Below the pieces are notes generated by a model. That model did not search any database, was not told where the DNA came from, and saw only the letters and a program-made list of their open reading frames with translations. A stretch of DNA of 64,000 nt from Orbicella franksi (lineage: Eukaryota), in assembly GCA_964199315.1 (NCBI GenBank), contig OZ116704.1:15252001-15316000 (forward strand), in the 5' to 3' direction. Shown here piece by piece: positions 1 to 13,900 of this stretch. The number at the start of each line of letters is the position of its first letter. The first letter of the stretch is position 1. Both the position numbers and the translations under genes were made by a program.

Positions 1-329
1 GCTCCTCAATGAAAAATTCATAAGCCGGTTTTAGATTGGAGTCAAATCATTTTGAACTATATATTTCAATATTTACTGATTTTGCACCAGAGTGAATACA
101 CAGCGCTTACTTGACCAAACATTTAAGTGGATTTTGATGGGTTTGCATGAATAACTCTTGAAATCCACACAATATTCTCATACTTCCACTGACTAATTCT
201 ATTCGGCATGATAATGAGCTTTGTCTCAAGTTGTACAAATTCACGTCACGCTGTGCGTCTTTTTCTATATTATCCGCTCCTGCTTTAATGTCTTATACGC
301 CGGGTTTTCTTTTTTATCGAACGGTTTTC

Positions 330-407
330 GGTTTTTTTTTCGCTTCATCTGTCGCGCTGCCTTTGCTTCAGTCTTTGAATTTTCACTGCTAACTGATTGC
401 TTGGCTG
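330..407 (+). other. Putative upstream non-coding exon (start approximate)
   Basis: Pyrimidine-rich stretch ending in strong donor CTG|gtaagt at 408. Confidence 0.35.
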
Positions 408-538
408 GTAAGTAAAACTGAAAACAAAATCATCCACAGGCGGGTTTTAGTCAAAAGCTTTCGAATATTGATCTTAGTTTAGTAGATGCATTGCCGTTTA
501 CACTAAACCCTTGGCTATATCTTTGTTTATCTCAACAG

Positions 539-579
539 GGTTGTGAATGTCAAGACCTTCACACAGTTTAGTTACTAAG
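539..579 (+). other. Putative 41-nt 5' exon with ATG at 547 (MSRPSHSLVTK)
   Basis: Acceptor ctttgtttatctcaacag, donor AAG|gtaaga; connection to gene 1 is inferred. Confidence 0.45.
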
Positions 580-3027
580 GTAAGAATTCCTGTTTTTCAA
601 ACTTCATTTTCTTCGTTTTTCAGCGATCTGTCTGATTAATATCCCGCTCTGTTATTATAGAAAGGTTAAATATTAGTTCTGTATATGCAGTACCTAAAAA
701 CCCACCAAAGTTTTGCCTCGTATATCAAAGGATTTGTTCAAAGGATAATTCTTGGCTTACAAACACAACAGCCAGAGCATTTTTGATCCTGAAAAGAAAC
801 ACCGCCATATTGAAGCTCAAAATAGCTGAATTACGGAATTCAGTGGTTATGGGCTTCCTTGAGGCTTAATTAATCGGGCGAAGATATGCCAGTAAAGGAA
901 ACTCGCGGTGATAAACTTTCAGAACTGGGCTGATGTTTTATCCGATAAAATGCTTAAGCGGATTTCAGTTCATAATTCACTGGCAAACGGTTATTGTAAT
1001 AATTTCCGTTTCAAGAAGAAAGCTTTGGACGAAGGCAGATCATATAAACACTTGATCAGTTCTCGTGCTGTGCCATTCACAAAGAATTAGTCAATTTTTG
1101 AAACAATAGGTGTGCCGGGAATTAATGATACCAGGTTTCCAATTCAGAGCGTGTCTTCATAGGCTTGGTTTTTGGTCCAAAGTTTTCAGAGAGCGTGCAA
1201 ATACTTTAAAGCTTGACGTAAGAGCGTCTCGGTGTTCTCCAAACGTAAATTATTTACTAGAGACGACAAGGCGAAACTAGTTTTTCTTCCACTGAACCAC
1301 AAGTCGTTACGATTAAAACAATTATTTGCACTCTAAATCTTTTATTGCCCAAATTAGAATAACAGGGTTAAATTTTTCTCAAATAAAAGCTCTACAGTGT
1401 TAAAAAAAACCATCGATGCACCAGAGGTGAAAGCCTCTTCAAAGACATCGCTTTTGTAAGTCAAAAATATAATCTTAGTATTTGAGATATGAATAATTCT
1501 GGTAGTTTTCCTTCGTCTTGCAAACTGAAGATCTGTTTGCCGATTAGAAACGTTTATTTGACACAAAATGTCAAACAGTGTTCATTTTTTTTCTCGAAAC
1601 ATAACAAATAAAGAGCTTGAAAAATTGAGTTCTATTTCCGAAATAAAATAGGAAGTTAGAAAAACTCATGCCTCGGGACATCTATATATATTTTAAATTA
1701 TCTGTTTGATATAATTTGATTTTAGTTGCTCTTCGTTCCACGTTCTGAAAATAGATCTCCGACCAGCTTTTTGGAATTCTTTTGTGTTTCCGGTAGGAGA
1801 CGAAATGAAAGGTGTTTCAAGTGCCGTGGGATTGAGTGTTATAAATACAGAATGTTTAGTCGGTGCAAGAAGACTAATAACGAAATAAAAGAGAAACTGA
1901 TTTGATATGAAAGTAAAACATCACCACGTCACGTCTACAATTTGTGAGTCACCTCGAACACCCTTTGGAGACTTGCAAAAAGGTAGAAATAAGAACTGAG
2001 AAATCTAAAATCTGCAAAACTATTCTCTTGTAAGGAGGCTCACGGGCACCGAAGCAACACCTGAGATTGCCCGGCAACCTCTCCAGCGAAAACCAGCGTT
2101 CAGTCTATCCGGTGAGACAGAGAAAGATCACTCTGTTATAATATTGGCATAGGGTAGGATAATTAATCGTTAATTTAATTCATACTACAGTGCAAATCAT
2201 GATTAACACAGACGTATTCGTAATTTTCTCAGCTATATAATAAATGAGTAATCGTAAGCACTCGGCAATTTTGAGAGAATATTTAAACATCACTAGTAGT
2301 GTAAATCCTAATTGAGCTCGCATTTAAACGATTACATATGTGTATTCCTGTCTAAGTTACCGATGTTTTATCACGTTTCTTTATAACGAGTGCTGTGTTT
2401 CGGAAACGTTTAGCATTGTGCAGCCACATCGCGAAATATTGAGTTTGTCCCGTATTTTCCCTCGTCTGTGAAATATTGCAAGAATCTCCGGAAGAGATGT
2501 TTCACAAAGATATTAAGAAAAAGAAGTATGTGCACAATATTTTAAAAAGCGTTCCACGTGGAAAAATTGACATTGTACAACGAAACGACCTCGAGATTTG
2601 CCGGGCTTAAGAAAATTTGTCAACATTTGTTTTTCCTGGTTCAATGTCCGTAAAAATAGGCAACAAATTTTCCGATCGCTTTTCACTTGGAACAAGACAG
2701 TAGCGTGGATATCATAGAGTCACCTAACTCAAGTGTTTGCTGTATAGAGGCCATAAAGGGTGCTTGAAAATATTGTCTGTATGGCTTTGTGGACAGTTAG
2801 AAATATCATGACACTAGTCAAACTCGTCCCCAGGGTCATCTCGGCCATGCCTTCCAACCTCACGTTTCGTTCAGAGAAAACTGTTAGCTATTAATCAACT
2901 TTGAAGCACGAGCCTACCACTAATGACTGCTCGAAGTTGATAGAGGTAAATTGAGCACCGTAGCGAGTTAGTAAAGATGATGTTTTGAGTGTTAGCCATT
3001 CGTCAGAGGCTGGTGGGTCAACGACCG

Positions 3028-3250
3028 AGGAGCTACCTCACGGTTTGTGCATCTTGAAAAATTTAGTGCAAATTTTTCAAGTTCGTCGTTTGTAATCCGC
3101 CTTAAACTTCTCCATCCTTAACCATCCTTGTTCCTTCGTGGTTTATTATTATATCTTTGATGTTTTTCTATCTTAGCACACTATTATTTTCAGGTTTTCT
3201 CCAATTTAATTTTTATAAACTTCGCACGTGGCTAAAATAACACCGACTGG
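3028..3250 (-). mobile_element. Degraded copy of the TTAA-flanked MITE family (see 11418 and 16397)
   Basis: Reverse complement matches the 3' half of the other copies (ttttcaagatg..aaccgtga..gctcc); the other end is eroded. Confidence 0.6.
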
Positions 3251-4617
3251 CTTATTCATACATGAGTCCTAATTTGGTATTTTGTCGCTATTCTTTTAAA
3301 ACACCTGGGTCTTTATCATATCCTGCAAAAACACGTTAGCTTGCTAGCGAGTACACCGGAGTACTAGCGATTATCAAATGAGCGCTATTGGTCACAACCG
3401 CACGTGTGCGGTTGGCATGACGATGGACATGCATCCTGTTCACACGTAACTAAGCAGTGTCGTAACTAATGTTAATCATCGTGTGGTGTTTTGCACCGTT
3501 CACAGTCAGGTGTTTTTTGTTTTTGTTTTATTTGCTATTTTTGCTCGTTTCGCTCCTCTACATTCGGTATCGTCCGAGAAAGCTGGTCAACGACCATCAC
3601 GCGTCCTTTACCTTTCAGCGACTTGAAACAGAAATAGCAATAGCAATGAGTCTGTCGCTCTCTCTCGAACGAGAGAGATCCTGGGAACTAGCTTGGAGAA
3701 ACGCGCACTGTAGCAGTTTCCCGGCTATGAAGTGAAGCGCAAGCTTGATACAATAACGAGACATTCGAAAACAAATTATACTATAAAAAGCCACAGGAAT
3801 TAATGTGATTTGATCTAGGGGCGGTCACCGGTGGTGGTTGGAAATTAACTTGACTCCGCCTGGGGATCGTATGTTTCTTTTACTGTGGTTTCGTCGCAAT
3901 GTTTGCGTCAAAATTGAAGGGGTGGAACTAAATGAGTTCTGACGTTCCAAACTTCAGTGTCAGGTTTGTTTTGCTTAGCAGTACAACAAGTATTTTGAGA
4001 ATTTCGCCGTCTGCTAAAAACGGAAATTTTATCTCGATCCTATCTTGGATTGTTAAATTCGCTACAAAATCTATCCGCCTCACTTGACCCCTTTCTGCGG
4101 GAACCTAAACTTATCTTCTTTGACGTCAGACTGTTCAGGGCGAGGAACTATTTGCGGTTTTCAAATATTTACAAAGAACGCAACCTTTATTATGTCCGAA
4201 CCAAATTGAAATTGCTCGTACTAATCGGAAAAATTGTTTACCACCGAAAAGGTTCATGGAAAATGCGCTCTCGCGCGGTATTCTTTGTTTTACAATCAAC
4301 CATGCAGCTATAATTGATTAATTACAAATTCGGAGTCATTTCAATGTAATTGTTTCTCTGACAATGAACTTGATCGCTCGGTGTGGTTTCCGGTGGTTTT
4401 TCAGCTTGAAAATTTGCGCTTTTGCAGCTCTATTATTTTTGCCGTGAAACCGTTTATGAACCTGTATCGAAAAAAGATTTCGCCTTTCGAGTGTTTATAT
4501 ACCGCGCGAGTGATCACGCGAAACGTAGAACCTCCGAGAAAACCACGCGCTTGTTTGATTTCATTTGGTGTCAAGGCATCGATTTACTTGTCAACTGAAA
4601 GGTCGTCTCGCAATTTG

Positions 4618-4622
4618 ATTGG
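4618..4622 (-). promoter_or_regulatory. CCAAT box in a CpG-rich putative proximal promoter of gene 1
   Basis: tttgATTGGctg about 270 bp upstream of the ATG; possible donor gtgagt at 4686. Confidence 0.3.
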
Positions 4623-4887
4623 CTGTCGCGTGATCCTGGTGTCCGTCAATTGTTATCTCAGGCCATTTCCATTTTGGTCAATTTAGTGAGTCATAGATGT
4701 CCATTTCAGTTTTGTATGCCCGATTAGGGACCGCTTTGTCTGTAGTGTTATTTTCACAAACATGTGTAAAAGGTTCGTAAAGTATTCTTGAAGGAATCAA
4801 GGAGCAGAGGAGAAAATTTTACGAGAATCGTCGCATTTTAACATCCGTGATTTCTATGTCCTTTTCGTTTATAGGTTCGATAGCGTC

Positions 4888-4939
4888 ATGTTTTGGTGTT
4901 TCCTGTGGATCGGTTGCTTTTTCTCTTCATTTCAACGAG
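4888..4939 (+). CDS. IGSF9B: Gene 1 coding exon 1, signal peptide
   Basis: MFWCFLWIGCFFSSFQR; acceptor cttttcgtttatag ends 4874; donor gtaagt at 4940; phase 1. Confidence 0.75.
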
Positions 4940-7900
4940 GTAAGTTTGTAAAACCTTCCCCTAATTATCACACTTTTGCCGAAACGTCGCTGAAAATATC
5001 TCGGCTTAAAATCAGCGACCCTTTCATATCATCAATGATGCTGTTAGCGATCCCTAAACACAACAAACTACTGATTTTACCGTAATATTGCGCCTCAATC
5101 GAATGAACGATCCTCTAAACTTCGAGAGCTCTTCATTCTGGAGCAGATCTCTGGTGCGCATCGTATTTTTATGCAGGATCGCAGCGAGTGTAATCGTGGA
5201 CCCAGCAAAATTCAACGAGAATTGCGATCTATCCACGGAGCACTTAAATCGATGTAAGATTTCTCAATGAAGACGCTTAACGTTCTGGATATTATCGCGC
5301 TCGAGATCTAAACAAGTTCTGTCGTCGCGCAACATATGAGTAGTAAACCTCCATGAGGTGTCTTCGCTGTTTTCTACAGCACGTGAGAAATTCTGACAAG
5401 TATTGAGAGCGCTGGTAAATAATTTGAGCATTTTGTTTCGCATATTCCTGCTGCGTTAGAAAGCGTCATGATTCGATCTTGGGCCACTATACTTTGGCGT
5501 AACCAACCAACCTAGACTTCACAGCTGTGTAATTATAGCGCACGTTTTCTGTATTTCAACATGTAGAAGCCGGAGCTTTTCACGATAAGTTTAAGCAGAG
5601 ATCAAAGCGATTATTTTTTGTCAAGACAAGAACAAATGTTGAGAATATGCCGTTTAAGATCGCGTCTAAAACTAAACTCAGAGACTTAAATGTTCAAGGT
5701 TAACCTATCTAATTTTCATTTCTTACTCTAGGCTTAGCGCAAGGAAGTTCGTCGAATACAGATCCAGGCGGGGGGAAAAGTCCTCCGTTAGAAATCGCCG
5801 TAAAGCTTGGTTCAGACGCAATTATCCCTTGTGATGCTGTGGACCCGAACCAACCGTCCGATCTTTTCGAGTGGCGAAAGAACGGGTCGAAAAGCGCGAT
5901 TTTTATCAAGTTCATGAACTTCAAACCACACATTGACTCGCGCTACTCTCGCCGTTTGCATATGATAAACAGTTCCGCGATATTACTTTCGGGAGCCAAG
6001 GAAAGCGATTCGGGAATTTATCGTTGTAGAACGATGCAGACCGGTTCGGAAAGCACGATCTTAAAGCACGGGAGATGGGTGGTTTTAAAAGTTACAGGTA
6101 AGTTGAAAAGTGTTGACCCGAAACAGTAAAAAACCCGTGGCACGCATGTGACAGGTTTGGGACGGGCTTGTATGACCCTTGCATGGGACGTTCGTTTGTA
6201 TAAAATAAGTTAGTTATCAGAAAAAAACGTTGTTTTTATCGATTGACAACAGGTGCTTCATAGAGGCGATCCACTTGCTAATGATATATCGTTTAAGAAC
6301 GCCTACGAATCAGATTTTTTTTTACAAATTTCTGGACACCAACACTTTCCTGACAGCTCGTAATTACTCCTGAGAAAACGTCGTTTGTCTCGGCAGACAA
6401 GCGTTCTTTGTGGACTTCGTGTATCAAATTCACGCTAAAATTTCATCAGAAAGCGTTCTGCGTGACATGTTTGGATGGTCAAAAAACCCTGCTGAGAATA
6501 CGGGCCTGCTTACATCTGGAAAGTTTATATCTATTGTATGCTTTCTTATATTCGCCATTGTTCAGTGCTTATTTTTGGTTGTAACGTCATGGCAGAACTC
6601 AATAGGGTTTCTTGATTACATGTAATGAGGGGCTTTCTCGAATCCGGAAAGGATCCTTATTTAGCTTTATTTCGTTATTATAGTCAGACTAAACTTCGGG
6701 AAGCTATTTGAAATTTTTCAAACCTCTTAACCTTCTTTCTTGTTAAATTCAAATGATATCGATGTCTTTGAAACGTGTTTTGTGGGCACTGTAGACCGTC
6801 CAGGGGGAATAAGTTTGACCGCGGTTTAAATTCCTGAGGTTTAAAAAAATGGTTTGTTTTAAAGCAAGTTTTTATGAGTTTCTTCTGAAAGAAAACAACA
6901 TTTTTGAAATGAGATGTTTGTTATCGTTCAATCGAGACGTCAAAACATACCAGTTACCAGTTTTTGTCAACAAAACTTTTTACCCAACGAGTTTAATCTG
7001 TTTGAAGGAGACTGAAATGATATTCAAAATCGTCGCCTTGTTTCGTAACCTTGGCCTAAATGTATCATTAGGACTGGAGCAGTTGTAAACTTATTTCTAT
7101 CGTATTTGTTTCGATTTATATATTTACGGTCGCAAGTCGTTTGCAATCTCTCTCTACTATGTACAATACCAAGTCTTTGTACCTTCATGGCATGTTAATC
7201 TTTGAACTGTACTGATATGAACGCTCGACGAGTCAAAATGCGACAGTTAAACTTTCTTTCATTTATCTTTAAAAATCAGGGTTTATTTTCAGCGCCTTAT
7301 AAAATACGATGTGAAATTTTCGCCATCAGTAAAAGTACAGCTAGACGGTGCCATCTGAGACTCTAATCTCTGCTCTTTTGTGGGCCGCCGTGCTAATCCC
7401 TCCTGATTGAAATATGCATAGCCGAATATAAAACGTTTGTGCATTACATTGAAAGGGCATAATTACTATGTTAGACCGACAAGGCCAATAAGGCCGATAT
7501 CACTGAAAGCATTCAACGACGGAAAGCTCGAAAAGCAAATTTGTACTTCAGTAGTTCTGCAGGTGTTTTAATGGTTCTAAACAATCGTCAGACAAGATTT
7601 TTCACTTTATTCTTAAGTTTCTCATGTCCTGAATTTATAAAGAGCATTATGAAATGTCTTTTGTAATGGTTTCACACTTTCTTTGTGTTCAACAACAATG
7701 CGGAACAGTACTAAGGGAATGTTTTGGTCGGCTACCTGCAGAGAAACTTTTTAGGAAACGATCTACATGTTATTAAGGCTTAATAAATGATTTTGCATTC
7801 CCCTATCCTTACCACGTGGAGTTTGTTCTTTTTTAAGGTCTCCAATCTGCAGTTAATGATTACTCAAAATTTGCTTCAGTTGTTTCATCGAAACTATTTG

Positions 7901-10900
7901 AAAGAAGTTGCAACAACATTGAACAGCAAACAACTGCCTTCGTCATTTTCTCACCTGTACAATTTGTGTATAATAAATACCGTTTGTCTTCGGGCCGACT
8001 CGGTGCAAATCCAATTGCTGAGTCAAAGAAACGAACATGGCGAAAAACTCTATGTTAAGCCTTTTATTGTTGTGAAAAAAATGTCTTTTAACCACAAGAA
8101 ATAGCCCGCTTCCTAATTTACCGCCTCGGGCTGAACAAAACTTTCTTTGGGAAGCAAACATTACGCGCAATTTAATATCCTTTGTTTGAGAAGGTTTTTA
8201 CTCGTTGTTGATTTAAAATCCTGACATTTTGACAGTAAGTCTTTGCTTGTCGCATCCGATGTTTTCTTTTCACTTTATTCAGAGTTACGTAGCGCTTTTG
8301 GAATTCATTTTACTTCAATTAACATTTCTTTCTTTCGCAGCTCATTGAAGAAAGCTCTTCACAAACATGCTCTTTTCTCGTCTTTTCCAAATCTCAAGAA
8401 GTTACCACGATACACTTGCAAGGGGTATATGGCTGGATTTCACAAACGAAAGAACTATCTTATACCCAGGAAATTGGAAATTTAAGTTTCAAGATGTAAT
8501 AACGTTTTTGTTTGTCCAAACAAAAAAGCAAACCAACGACATTTCTTTCGTCAAATGTAAACCCCCTTGAAATTGCCATGACAACAAAACGTGCTTGTAT
8601 GATCAAAGACCCGAAAACCTGTCAGCTTCGAAGAACAAATTTTGAATAATTGAACAATAATGTTCCAGGGAGGTCTGTTGACCCGCCCTTTGAAAAGCAA
8701 GTGTTTTGAGAGCAGTGACAGGTTTGAAAATAATTTTGTCAATATATGAACACGCAAGGAAACATTCCAGCTTTCTGCTCCGTTGTTTTCCGCCATACAG
8801 GCTTAACTCAAGGGAAAATCGTATTGAATACAAGATGTCCTAATCTAAGCTAGTAAATCCTAAATCAGGAACAAATATACCAACATCCAATACGGACAAC
8901 GTTGCGGGAGAAAGTCAACAACGAAAGCAAATGGCGGTCGTAGTTTCTCGGTCACGATGTCTGCGCTTTGTAGATCAACCCGGCAATTGCCAAGAGCTCT
9001 ATTTTAAAGATCTCCTTTGTTAAAAATTTGAAATTTAATACCGTCTTGTCATTTTCTCCGGGACAGTACGTGTATCTCATTGTGTTTTATGAAATTTTTC
9101 TGCACTAAGCAAACAATATCCGTGCCAAGTTAGTAAACTCGCCGTGTAGCTCATCAATTAGGTTAAAGCGAAAAAGCAAATACCATTTTGGATCCTGGAA
9201 GTTTACCGTTTCAGTATTACTAACTCGTGAAACGTGCGTGGCGAGAAAAACTGGTCATTTGACCCGATTTTATTTATTCGGTATTTCTCTCTCTAGCAAT
9301 GGGCGTATACTAATGATTGCCCACTCCTTTTCAACTCTGTTTCTGTGCTTTTTGAAATTTTTTGATTGGTTTGAAAATCTCTTGCAATAAGTGCTAATCA
9401 ATCAGAACCGCGATCTTGTTGCCTCCGACCACGTCCCATCGCGACTTAGAGGCTTTCCCGCGCGTAGCAAACGGAGCACGTTTTCGTGCGCTTATCACGA
9501 GGTGACAGGTGCTCACGTTGAACTTAAATTGGTTTATGGTTTGTTGTTTTATTTGTGGCTATGGTTGTTTACCATTTACCCGAAAATTCCTGATTTCGGT
9601 CAGAATGTAAATGGTAGGGCAATTTTGGCTCGACCGACGGAAAGAGTTTCAAAATAAACGGAACGTCTTAAAAGGTACTCCAAAATTTCTAAAGGAAATA
9701 TCCGAGTGGAAAAGTGTGTTTACCATTTGCAATTCTTCACCGCCAACTTGGAATTCCGATTAGGTCGAATTCGTCCCAGGTTCTCTCGGTAAATTGAGGA
9801 ATTCTGAACGGAACTTATCATCGGGCATTTTGATTTTCATTTGCACTGGTTTCTCCTGATAAACAAACTATGACTATGTCTGTAGCTTGAATGGGATGTA
9901 ATAACAAACGATGTGGTTCAAATCTTTGGGATTTATCAGAAAATCGTGAGGTCCGTAAGACTTAGGTGTGAGGGTATAATGAACAAAGTAAGTCCAAGGA
10001 GAAGCGGGGAAGGGAATTAAAATTTAACTGTAAACGGGTCAAGGTTATGTAGTGAATTATGTGGTAAATTAGTGGTGTAATGTTATGGAATGCATTAATC
10101 GTAAAATAGGTCGCACCAGCAATATTTTTAATTTACATGTTTGTTTTACGTTTTTTTATGCATACATTCTAGATCTGTTTAGGTTTCAGGGACAGTGACA
10201 ACTTTTTAAATTCACTTTGTTTATTTTTCTCTCGTCGTGTTCCTCAACTTAATTTTTGCGTCACTTTCATAATTTTGAGATTCTCTGATATTAAATCCCG
10301 TCGGACGTTATTTTCTTAACTTCAGTCATCTTACTTTCCTCGCTCAATCTTAAACTAACCTCTTTCAACTTTTAAAACTTAACTTAATCAAGAGAGCATG
10401 ATAAAGGATAAGAGAGTCAATTAATCCCCTATTTAGGCGTTATTCCCAAGGTAATCCCTTTTTAGGCATGGTTCCCAGCTCTTCCGCGCGTAATGTTCTC
10501 ACGCGCGTTAGGTCAATGTTTTCGTGGAGAATGAAAATACTTTTATAACACGAAAACATCCACGCCAGTGGAGGCGGCTTCCGCTGTCTGCATGAGCAAA
10601 ACCCGCGTCATAGGACTGGCGTTTTCTTGACCTTCTCAGTTGTGATTTCCGAAACCTGAAGTGATCTAAAGATATCTGAAAAGGGATAATTTAAGGAATA
10701 AGGCCTAAAGAGGGATTGACTCTCTTTATACCATTCATGCTCTGCTGACTTAACCCATTACATTGATATAAACTGTTAACATTTCGGCTTTCTCTCTTTT
10801 TCTCGCTCTATCAGCCCTTTTGCCAGCTCCGGTTCCTCCCTTCTTCCTAAAGAAACCGCTGGACAAAGTAACTGCTAACGAAAGCGATTCTTTGTCTCTA

Positions 10901-13900
10901 CTCTGCTTGGTTGGGGGGTACACCGGAACCGGAAGTGGAGTGGTGTAAACACGGGGCACCTTTACCATTTGCCGCTTCTGTGTCTCCCGGAAGTCGACTT
11001 ACAATACCATCCGTTGAACCTGATGACAGTGGTCGATACCGGTGCTCCTCGGTTAATTCTGTTGGGCAACTTCATCACGTATTTGAAGTTACCATTAAGC
11101 GTAAGAAATGATTTCTTGTCGCATAAAAAATTCACCACAGCACTGCGGAAAAGCCACGTTCTCGTCTACGCGACCTTAGACGTTTTTGTTTTGTGTTTTC
11201 AGCTCTTTTTATTCGGCTTGGTGAGCGCAAACTGTCAATACAAAGTTAACGTACAATGTACAGAATTCAGAGATATACGGCGCTAAACCCTGATATGTTT
11301 CTTTCCAAAAAGGGTTAAGTATTTTCAGCATTTAATTAAAAGCGCGACAGTTATCTTTAGAATGAAGAGTAAATATTACCTTCACGATAAGTTTCCCCGC
11401 AATTCTGGGAATCTTAAAGGAACTCAGTCACGGCATTTTCAGTAGTTTTGGCCACGTACAAAATTACCTTAAAATTGAAGGAAACCTAAAAATAGTAGTT
11501 TGCTAAGATAGAAAAACACCAAAAAGATAGTAGTAAACCATAAAGGGACAAGGACTGGATGGTTAAGAATAGAGAAGATTAACACGAATTACAAACGACG
11601 AACATGAAACATTCAGGCTAAACTTTTCAAGATGGGCGAACCGTGACGTAACTCCTTTAAACGTCATAACAACGTGAAGACATACGGGTACATGTACTTT
11701 GAGTTTAGAGTTTTTCCAGACTGTGAATGTCCTAGTGTCCCCGCGGCGTTGACATTTTGTTCTGGTACAGTCGCATATCAAGAGCTGAACTGCTAGTAAG
11801 CTGTCCGCTATGCTTAGCTACCGGCAATTTTTATTTTTCCTTTCGTCTCTATTTGTTTGCTTCTATCTTGGATTATGGTTTATTTTCTGTGCAAGTTGCA
11901 AATGTTTTATTTGGTTTAATCGCTGGGTCGCATTTTTTTTCGTAGCTTTAATCTTTTTCGGAGTATCCGCTAACAAAGGTTTCTTGTGAATGTCTTTTAA
12001 AGTATTATTATTTCTGCGCTGCGGTGTAGTTAAAGGAAATAGGTCACACTATTAATTCAAATCGAATGGAAGCTGAAGATAATGATTTTAAACAGACAAA
12101 AAGCGCAAGCAAAATGGTTCTGTGTGAATTGTAAAAATTGCAAAATATCACACGATATGGAATCAGATTTTAAACTTGATAAACCTGGGTAATTATTGTC
12201 TAGCCACCAATAAACAAGTTTAACGGAGTCAGTTCATATCAATAAAAGGGTGGTGTTTATAATGTTCCGAAGTCGCTAGTGTTTGGTTTTAAAGCTAAGA
12301 TCCCAGGAATGTGTCGTCATTTCCAAGTTTGTCGTAGAAAGGAAAGGGCGGCAATTTTGTTGTACTTCACGTGACCTGGTTCCTTTAAACTCGTCTGTAT
12401 TGCTTTAGCTCATTTTTTTTTCAGCTCATGCACATGATAACCACCGCCATTTATCAGTTGTCTTTTCACCTCTATATTGCGATCATTTGGGCCGTGTTTA
12501 ACTAATATATTTCCACATTCGGCACTATATCTAAAGATCCACTTCATTTCATTGATACCGCATCCTTCCTTCTCTTTTCAATTTCTCGGCCAGACGATTA
12601 TCCTTCTTTTCAAGCACACATGTTTCCTTCCTTAAATCAAGCCCTTATATCTCATTGCTGAGTACATGATTGATATATGCACCTGATACAATACATTCCA
12701 CTTATATTTAGCATTCGAGAACTTAAACACTCACATTTCAACACTGTGGGATATCATTTTGATGAAAGTACTCAGTGAATTGCAGGAACATATTTTCGAA
12801 GTAACGGTGACTGACGATGGCCATGAGGAAATGGATTGCAGGATGAACAAAAAAAAAAAACGCTGTCATTTATTTTCATATTGTTGTTGTATTGTTTTAT
12901 GACGTACTACAACATAACAGGATTTTAATTAAGGAAACCCTGCAAACAATACGCATAATAGTATTTGCAGAATAGCATTCGTAAATGTGAAGCACTGATT
13001 AGGAAGTGATGATTAATTGCTTGAGGATGGCAATGGCTTCAATATGGACTAACTTAAAGTCAGTTGAAACTGAGAGGCTGCATGTTACTATCAAGTTCAC
13101 TCGAACTCCTATCATAAGAATTTGCAAACAACTTCGGGAAAGATTTTTAGATTTATTTTATCAAAGAGCTCTCTGTGTTAGTCGGAATTCATATGTTTTT
13201 GTTTTTGTTTGTGTTTTGAGCTCGTGGACTCCAAGGAAACGGTAATAATTACACGCGTAAATATCAACAAAGCTGTCATGACATTATATTTGGCCTGAGT
13301 TCCTCGCAAGCATTCCTTTGCAATATGTTTGATGTTTCTACAAATATCATTATAAACCGGTTTACTACCCTTTGGTTTGGTTAGGGCTAGGTTTACATTT
13401 TTCCCTAATCCTTCCGAAGTACTGAACTCGCCCAACTGAGTCTATTCCGGGAGATTCTATCCATGGAGAGTTACCGGAAAAGATTTCCGTTGATCGAAAG
13501 ATAATCTATCATTCGCTAAGAGGCGCTCAATAAGCTTTTCTTTGGAAACACGCTTGAAAGCAGTATCGTGGATATAACCCATGCAGTCACAGTGACCTTT
13601 ATGACTCTTTGCGGTGATAAATATTCTTAACGAGTGATATGTGATTGGTTGGTCAAAGTGCATTAAAACAGATTGGTAAAGAATTGTTGACATTTCCACT
13701 GGGCAGACAAAGGTATTTTCATAGGACTGTTACGTGATACGCGATCTTCTTAAAAATAGTATTTTACATCGAGTGAGTTGTTTTCTAACGGAAGTTTGGC
13801 TTCTGTAAGCACATGAAGAAGAGTAATGCTCTAAATTACTTTATGGCTTCTTTGGGAATGTTGCCGTCTCTAGAGCGAACGGAACAGAAGTTTTGGATTT

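Noticed and set aside
547-579. MSRPSHSLVTK as the true N-terminus of gene 1
   Set aside because: Phase 0 does not fit the phase-1 Ig1 exon, and joining to 4875 gives a stop after two codons; treated as a uORF candidate
1521-1560. CTGAAGA...GAAACGTT hammerhead-like string
   Set aside because: Stem II and helix I do not pair convincingly
8572-8585. X-box-like ATTGCCATGACAAC
   Set aside because: First base mismatched, deep in an intron, in repeat-like sequence with no nearby start
13178-13699. Two adjacent minus-strand ORFs (85 and 80 aa) with a YHSLR string reminiscent of tyrosine recombinases
   Set aside because: Motif spacing does not fit and flanking frames are full of stops. It may be decayed coding DNA, but I cannot assign it without tBLASTn.
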